Shown: positions 58,546 to 64,000 of the stretch, piece by piece
How the letters are laid out: the number at the start of each line of letters is the position of its first letter
How positions within the stretch are numbered: the stretch's first letter is position 1
Assembly: GCA_913052565.1 (NCBI GenBank)
Contig: CAJXFH010000002.1
Span: 39,324-103,323 of the forward strand
From: an uncultured Gammaproteobacteria bacterium
GTDB taxonomy: Bacteria; Pseudomonadota; Gammaproteobacteria; Magnimaribacterales; TMED112
Length of the DNA: 64,000 nucleotides
Reading direction: 5' to 3'
Translations under genes and position numbers: made by a program
The notes under the pieces: model-generated
What the model was told of the DNA's origin: nothing
Databases searched by the model: none
Seen by the model: the letters and a program-made list of their open reading frames with translations, nothing else

Positions 58546-59611
58546 CTTAAGAAATTTCATAATCATATTCTCGCTAATAATTATCATATTAACTGGCGCT
58601 TTAACTATTTACTCAGTTACTTCTATCGATATTAACTATTTCATAAGGTTTCTGCTAATTAGTATTTTTGTAATCTTGTTAGTCGCAATTCTGTTTAATC
58701 AATTAAACCTAAATAGAATACTTTCATTTGGTTGGTTAGCATTTTTATTGAATATATTGCTTGTTTTAAGTGTAGAAATTTTTGGAGCTGAAATTAATGG
58801 GTCAAAAAGATGGCTGGATTTTGGTTTTTTGAGCCTTCAACCTTCAGAATTTATGAAAATCACATTTGCACTTTTTGCGATTCAGTATTTGCGATTTTAT
58901 AACTACAAATTTACACAGCTTAGGACACTTTTCTTAATTTTGGTCTTATTCATTTCAGCTATCCCAATAATAATTCAGCCTGATCTCGGTACTGGTTTGG
59001 TATATATAATGCTTGGACTTATGTTTTTATTCATTTGTGGAATGAATAAGAATTACTTCATAGCAATGGGAGTATTTGGGATATTGCTTTCTCCGATTAT
59101 TTATTCATTTGGATTAACAACTTATCAGAAGGGCAGAATTATTAGTTGGTTCTCGTCTGACCAAAATTTGTCTGAGAAGTGGAACATTTTACAGTCAGAA
59201 ATAAGTATTGGTTCAGGAGGTTTATTTGGTGAAGGTTTTTTGAATAGTAAGCAAAATGAGTTTAATTTCCTACCAGAAGCTGATACAGACTTTATTTTTT
59301 CAATATATGCCGAGCAATTCGGTTTTATAGGAGTATTTATAATTTTTTTAATGCTTGGTTGTTTTATATTTTTTACGACTCTCTTTACCATGACAGAAAA
59401 AAGACTTACAAGTGATTTGTCTCCGTACTATATTGGCACATATTGCACCTTAGTTATTGGTTTTAGTTTTTTGCTTAATATTCTTATGGTGAGTGGTTTA
59501 ATTCCAGTTGTTGGTCTCCCATTACCTTTTTTTACTAAGGGAGGCTCATCTTTGTTATGCTTTTCTATAATGATTGGTCTAATATTTTCTTCAAGAGGTT
59601 TCTTAAAATGA
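58535..59611 (+). CDS. rodA: SEDS peptidoglycan polymerase RodA
   Basis: 358 aa, polytopic, with QPSEFMK, E..TDFIF and LPFFTKGGSS. Confidence 0.92.
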   Translation: MVFNLRNFIIIFSLIIIILTGALTIYSVTSIDINYFIRFLLISIFVILLVAILFNQLNLNRILSFGWLAFLLNILLVLSVEIFGAEINGSKRWLDFGFLSLQPSEFMKITFALFAIQYLRFYNYKFTQLRTLFLILVLFISAIPIIIQPDLGTGLVYIMLGLMFLFICGMNKNYFIAMGVFGILLSPIIYSFGLTTYQKGRIISWFSSDQNLSEKWNILQSEISIGSGGLFGEGFLNSKQNEFNFLPEADTDFIFSIYAEQFGFIGVFIIFLMLGCFIFFTTLFTMTEKRLTSDLSPYYIGTYCTLVIGFSFLLNILMVSGLIPVVGLPLPFFTKGGSSLLCFSIMIGLIFSSRGFLK

Positions 59612-60591
59612 AAAAAATTCTTTTAACGTTATTCATTTCTCTAAACTTTTATCCTGCAGATCTAGATAGAGAAGATATTAAAGAATTTATTAAAATGGCT
59701 GAGGCTACTAGTGAGCTTACTGAACAGGAAATTATTACTTTTCTCCAAAATGCAGAGACCTCAGAGAGAGCTGTTACTGCAAGAAGTAATCAACCAGAAG
59801 TTAAAGCAACGTGGCAAAGATATAGAAATAGATACTTAACATCATCCAGAATAAATAATGGTGTTAAATTTTTGAAAGAACACGAAAAAATTTTTGATGA
59901 AGTAGAAAAAGATTTTGGTGTTTCAAGATTTTACATCGCTTCAATAATTGGGTGTGAGACAAATTACGGAAATTATTATGGTACCTATAATCCTTTAGAC
60001 ACAATTTTCACAAGAGCATTTGAGCCAAATAGTAAATTCTGGCAAAAAGAACTCATCCAGCTATTCTTATTATCTAAAAAATATAAATTAGACCCTAAAA
60101 AAATTAAAAGTTCTTGGTCAGGAGCTTTAGGTTTAGGCCAATTTATTCCATCTAGTTATAACTTTTATGGCGTGGATTATGATGGAGATGGTTTTATAGA
60201 TATGTATAACTCAAGGAAAGATGGAATTGCTAGCGTAGCAAACTATTTAAAAGAAAATGGTTGGCAGTCAGATGAAAAAGCCATAATCCAGAGAGCTGTT
60301 AACGAAAAATATCAAGGACTTGAAGATGAAGACATTATAGATTTGGATTTTTCTTTTGAGCTCAATAATTTTAGGACCATTATCAGTTCTAAGACAATGA
60401 AATCAGAAGGTTTTGATTTTATTGGTGATTATGATGATATTTCGCCCTTGTTAGTCTATGAGCAAGGCCAAACAAAATTATTTTTAGGATTTGACAATTT
60501 CAGGGTAATAACTAAATATAATCGAAGTAGCAAGTATGCTTTAGCAGTTCACCAGCTTGCAATGGAAATTTCGAAGAGATTTGATGAATAA
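59608..60591 (+). CDS. mltB: lytic murein transglycosylase B family
   Basis: It has IIGCETNYG (catalytic Glu context) and GALGLGQFIPSSY..YGVDYDGDG. The ATGA overlap with the rodA stop supports the start at 59608. Confidence 0.82.
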   Translation: MKKILLTLFISLNFYPADLDREDIKEFIKMAEATSELTEQEIITFLQNAETSERAVTARSNQPEVKATWQRYRNRYLTSSRINNGVKFLKEHEKIFDEVEKDFGVSRFYIASIIGCETNYGNYYGTYNPLDTIFTRAFEPNSKFWQKELIQLFLLSKKYKLDPKKIKSSWSGALGLGQFIPSSYNFYGVDYDGDGFIDMYNSRKDGIASVANYLKENGWQSDEKAIIQRAVNEKYQGLEDEDIIDLDFSFELNNFRTIISSKTMKSEGFDFIGDYDDISPLLVYEQGQTKLFLGFDNFRVITKYNRSSKYALAVHQLAMEISKRFDE

Positions 60592-61714
60592 AATTAAAAT
60601 TTACATATTATTATTTTTAGCTACTTCGTTATTGGCTATTCCAAATCCACCTGATCTTGGTGTCGGCAGCTATATTCTTTACGAACCAAATACAAAAAAA
60701 ATATTAGTGAGTTACAACTCTGATGAACCTGTAGAGCCGGCAAGCTTAACAAAGTTAATGACTAGTTACGTTGTTGCTGATTACTTAAAGGAAGATTTTA
60801 TTAATATAACTGACGAACCAAAAATCTCGGTTAAAGCTTGGAAAACTAAAGGTTCTAGAATGTTCATTAGAGAGGGTACAAATGTAAGAGTTTCAGACCT
60901 TATTAAAGGAATGATCATTCAATCTGGTAATGATGCAAGCGTAGCTTTAGCAGAACATGTAGCAGGTAGTGAGGATAATTTTGCTTATTTGATGAATGAG
61001 TATGCTTCTGAGTTGGGAATGGCAAATACATCTTTTAATAATGCGACTGGACTACCAGACCCATTAAATGTTACTTCTGCTTATGACTTAGCTTTATTAA
61101 CAAGCGCACTTATAAATGATTTTCCAGAGCACTATAAATATTATTCTCAAAAATCTTTTACTTACAATGGAATTAAACAGTCAAATAGAAACAGGCTTTT
61201 ATGGCGTGATGAAATTTTTGACGGTGTAAAAACAGGTTATACCCAGTCTGCTGGGTATTGTCTTGTCGGTTCGGCCATCAGAGGAGATATGCGTCTTGTT
61301 GCAGTAGTACTAGGGAGCGAAGATGATAAAAGATTTAATGATGTCTCTCTTTTGATGACTTATGGCTTCAGATATTTCACAACAGAGAAGTTATTTTCAA
61401 AAGAAGAACCAATTCAAGATGTGAAGGTTGTAGCTGGCAAGTCTGAAACTGTAAAAGTTGGAACAAAAGATGACATAATTTTAACCCTACAGAAAGATCT
61501 GAGAGACAATATAAGATATGAAGTTTCAGTAGGATCACAAACATTGGCACCAATAGAAGCAATGACAACTGCTGGAACATTAAAAGTTTTAGATAGTGAA
61601 AACAATGTTTTAGTTGAAACAGAAATAGTCTTTCTAGAGTCAGTAGAAGAATTAGGTTTCTTTCAAAGACTGCTGGCTATTATATGGAACTGGATTCAAT
61701 CTCTTTTTAATTAA
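60584..61714 (+). CDS. dacA: D-alanyl-D-alanine carboxypeptidase (PBP5/6 class)
   Basis: It has a signal peptide and the motifs SLTK, SGND and KTGYT, plus a C-terminal amphipathic anchor. The start at 60584 is preferred. Confidence 0.9.
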   Translation: MNKIKIYILLFLATSLLAIPNPPDLGVGSYILYEPNTKKILVSYNSDEPVEPASLTKLMTSYVVADYLKEDFINITDEPKISVKAWKTKGSRMFIREGTNVRVSDLIKGMIIQSGNDASVALAEHVAGSEDNFAYLMNEYASELGMANTSFNNATGLPDPLNVTSAYDLALLTSALINDFPEHYKYYSQKSFTYNGIKQSNRNRLLWRDEIFDGVKTGYTQSAGYCLVGSAIRGDMRLVAVVLGSEDDKRFNDVSLLMTYGFRYFTTEKLFSKEEPIQDVKVVAGKSETVKVGTKDDIILTLQKDLRDNIRYEVSVGSQTLAPIEAMTTAGTLKVLDSENNVLVETEIVFLESVEELGFFQRLLAIIWNWIQSLFN

Positions 61715-62667
61715 ACAGCAAGCTCCAACACAATATTTTTCGCATCAAGCCATGGGTCACCTTTTACGTAGCCCTTAAATTTTTTATCTGCTGAATCAAG
61801 CTGATTTGAAAGCTCTTCAAGTTTAAAGTTTGAAACTTTTTTTGATATTGCCATGTACCATTTTACTTGACTGTCCCAAATGCCCAGAGTTTTTAAATTT
61901 TTATTTTGTTTCAAATATTTAAGAGCACTTAAATCTCTAGCTAAGATCCAAATTAATAGAGCAATTGAGTTTCTATCATTGTTCTTCATTGAAATAACAA
62001 TCTCCAATGCAGAAGATGCATTGCCCTTACTCAAATACTCGATCAACTTATAATTATTTTTGGAACCACTGTTACTAAAGACATTGATTGCCTCTGACTC
62101 ATTTTGAATATTCAGAATTTCTAAGATCTCGAGATCATTTATTAGCGCACTAAAGTTATTCTCATACATTTCTAATAAATTCTGAATGTATTCCGAACCA
62201 GATAAGTTTTTAGGCAGATTATTTTTCAAATATGATGTGATTTCTGAATCATACGGAGCAAAACAATCTATGACACAAACATTTGAATCAATAAGAGGGA
62301 GCAGCTCTTTTTCAATTGTTTTTTTTGTAAGATTTTGTGTTTCTACAACTAATATATTTTCTGTTTCAAAACTGAATATTTTTGAGAATGATTCTTTTAA
62401 ATCTTTATTCAATCTGTTTTTTGATAAATTGATTGAAACAATTTTCTTTTCATTAAATAGGCTATTAGTAATTAGGCATTGTTCAAATTCATTTAAAAAA
62501 TTTTCATTTTCTAGATCAAGGGCAACTTTCTCGAGCATCTTTAAATCCATATCTTTTAAAAAATGGGACCTAGCCTTTTGATTCAATATATGTTCATCAC
62601 CAAAGATAAAAAATTTATTTAAGCTTGGTGGCTCATTGAGTAGGAAATTTATAGCTTTAGTGATCAC
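61711..62667 (-). CDS. holA: DNA polymerase III subunit delta
   Basis: 318 aa. Its position after lptE in the conserved leuS-lptE-holA block, and its length and helical C-terminal domain, are consistent with HolA. The sequence is divergent. Confidence 0.7.
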   Translation of the reverse strand: MITKAINFLLNEPPSLNKFFIFGDEHILNQKARSHFLKDMDLKMLEKVALDLENENFLNEFEQCLITNSLFNEKKIVSINLSKNRLNKDLKESFSKIFSFETENILVVETQNLTKKTIEKELLPLIDSNVCVIDCFAPYDSEITSYLKNNLPKNLSGSEYIQNLLEMYENNFSALINDLEILEILNIQNESEAINVFSNSGSKNNYKLIEYLSKGNASSALEIVISMKNNDRNSIALLIWILARDLSALKYLKQNKNLKTLGIWDSQVKWYMAISKKVSNFKLEELSNQLDSADKKFKGYVKGDPWLDAKNIVLELAV

Positions 62668-63050
62668 TATTCAAATAACTTGCAGACTTTTTCGATCAAA
62701 ATTGATTTTATTCTTTTTCTTTCTGAATCAGCCATGTTGCTTGAGATATAGTTGTTAGTATTCATTTGCATTGACATTAGCATCCTAGGCTTTGCATCAT
62801 CATTTTTTGCAGATACCTTTAGTATGTATTTAGTATTAAATTCCAAACCTCGATCATTAATATTTTCAGCGAAACCTTCGAAGGTTAAATTAGTGAGCTC
62901 GATTGTAGAATCCTTGTTCATAAGACATTTCTTAAATAAAAATTTCTCTTCACTGGAAAATGAATCATCAAAAGAAACATGATCAGATTTTATCGAAAGA
63001 TTAGTACAAGAACTTACAAGAAGAATTGCTAGAAAGCTACGAATGAACAA
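62667..63050 (-). CDS. lptE: LPS-assembly lipoprotein LptE (short form)
   Basis: 127 aa with the lipobox LLVSSC. It lies between leuS and holA. Confidence 0.65.
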   Translation of the reverse strand: MFIRSFLAILLVSSCTNLSIKSDHVSFDDSFSSEEKFLFKKCLMNKDSTIELTNLTFEGFAENINDRGLEFNTKYILKVSAKNDDAKPRMLMSMQMNTNNYISSNMADSERKRIKSILIEKVCKLFE

Positions 63051-64000
63051 AATTAATTAACTTATCCTTTATAAATATAACTTTGATTATATCCTTCTTT
63101 TCTAAATGTCTTGCTACATTTTCATTTTTCATCGCAATCTCTTTTATAGCAATTTCCTCTAATCCTGTTTTCACTACAATATTAGCTCTTACCTTTCCAT
63201 TAACTTGTACTAGGAAATTTGTATCTGATGATTTTTTGACGAAAAAACTATCTGCTGGCCATGATATGTCCTGTGGATTTTTCTTGAGTATATTTTGAAA
63301 TAGATTCTCTGTTATATGAGGAGCGATAGGATTAAGCGCAGTTAAAAGAAACTCATATGTTTCAAAAATGTCGCTTCTTGAAGCATTTACTTTTTCATCA
63401 TCAATTCTTTTATTGATGTTATTTAAAATTTCCATGCAAGAGGATACTACAGTATTGAGATTTAACCTTTTTTCATAATCATCATTAATCTTAATAAATA
63501 AATCTTTGCATTCTTCGCATAAGGAACTCTTGCTATCTATGAATTGTGATTCTTCAATTTGATTTAATTTAAATGAAAGAGCCCAAAGTCTTTTTAGAAA
63601 CTTGTAGCAACCCTCTAGACCATTATCTGACCATTCAAGTGATTGTTCAGGTGGGCTAGCAAAAATCATGAACGTTCTAATCGCGTCAGCGCCATAATTT
63701 TCTATATAACTTTGAGGGTCAACAGTATTGCCTTTTGATTTTGACATTTTTGCACCATCTTTTAACACCATGCCCTGCGTTAAAAGTTTTTTGAAAGGTT
63801 CATCACCTTTCACTAAGCCCATATCTCTTAAAGCTTTGTGAAAAAAACGTGAATATAGTAAGTGCAAAATTGCATGCTCAACCCCGCCAATATATAAGTC
63901 AACAGGAAGCCAATAATCTGTATTCTCATCAAAGGCTTTTTCATTATTCTGTGCAGACGTATATCTTGCAAAATACCAGGAAGATTCCATAAAAGTGTCA
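63037..64000 (-). CDS. leuS: leucyl-tRNA synthetase, C-terminal part (5' end outside window)
   Basis: The reading frame is open to the window edge. It has GGVEHAILHLLYSRFF, KMSKSKGN and the anticodon-binding/C-terminal domain. Confidence 0.95.
   Translation of the reverse strand, partial: DTFMESSWYFARYTSAQNNEKAFDENTDYWLPVDLYIGGVEHAILHLLYSRFFHKALRDMGLVKGDEPFKKLLTQGMVLKDGAKMSKSKGNTVDPQSYIENYGADAIRTFMIFASPPEQSLEWSDNGLEGCYKFLKRLWALSFKLNQIEESQFIDSKSSLCEECKDLFIKINDDYEKRLNLNTVVSSCMEILNNINKRIDDEKVNASRSDIFETYEFLLTALNPIAPHITENLFQNILKKNPQDISWPADSFFVKKSSDTNFLVQVNGKVRANIVVKTGLEEIAIKEIAMKNENVARHLEKKDIIKVIFIKDKLINFVHS

Overview
This 64-kb window is an AT-rich, extremely gene-dense stretch of a gammaproteobacterial-type chromosome. 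By my coordinates only about 1.3 kb, roughly 2%, lies outside called genes, and many neighbouring genes overlap by 1-35 nt. Gene order follows classic Pseudomonas/E. coli synteny blocks: pgk-fba; ubiE-ubiB-tatABC; miaB-ybeZ-ybeY-corC-lnt; zapA-ssrS-ygfA; lptD-surA-pdxA-rsmA-apaH; amgK-murU; fis-purH-purD; dnaG-rpoD-tRNA(CAU); rsfS-rlmH-mrdA-rodA-mltB-dacA; leuS-lptE-holA. The pattern fits a streamlined free-living bacterium, possibly marine planktonic, but I cannot assign a taxon from sequence alone. I found no rRNA, CRISPR array, transposase, integrase or phage genes. Four features are missing from the ORF track: a 6S RNA (ssrS), a tRNA with a CAU anticodon, a 52-aa tatA, and a 46-aa very basic ArfA-like ORF overlapping the tatC 3' end. 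The only clearly accessory region is about 41.2-48 kb. There, a start/stop-overlapping operon (PiT phosphate transporter, unknown TM protein, PAS-EAL, DHp-DHp-REC-GGDEF, stand-alone REC) converges stop-on-stop with a large hybrid histidine kinase that sits downstream of katG and a TonB-C-domain protein. This locus has four receiver domains and no recognisable HPt. A kinase-less tandem DHp module is my best candidate for something undescribed. Second-tier items are a GC-rich two-hairpin RNA element plus a 27-aa hydrophobic micro-ORF in one of only two ~250-bp gaps, and a class-2-type PyrD carrying Cys at the catalytic-base position. All functional calls rest on motif recognition by eye and on synteny; no searches were run.
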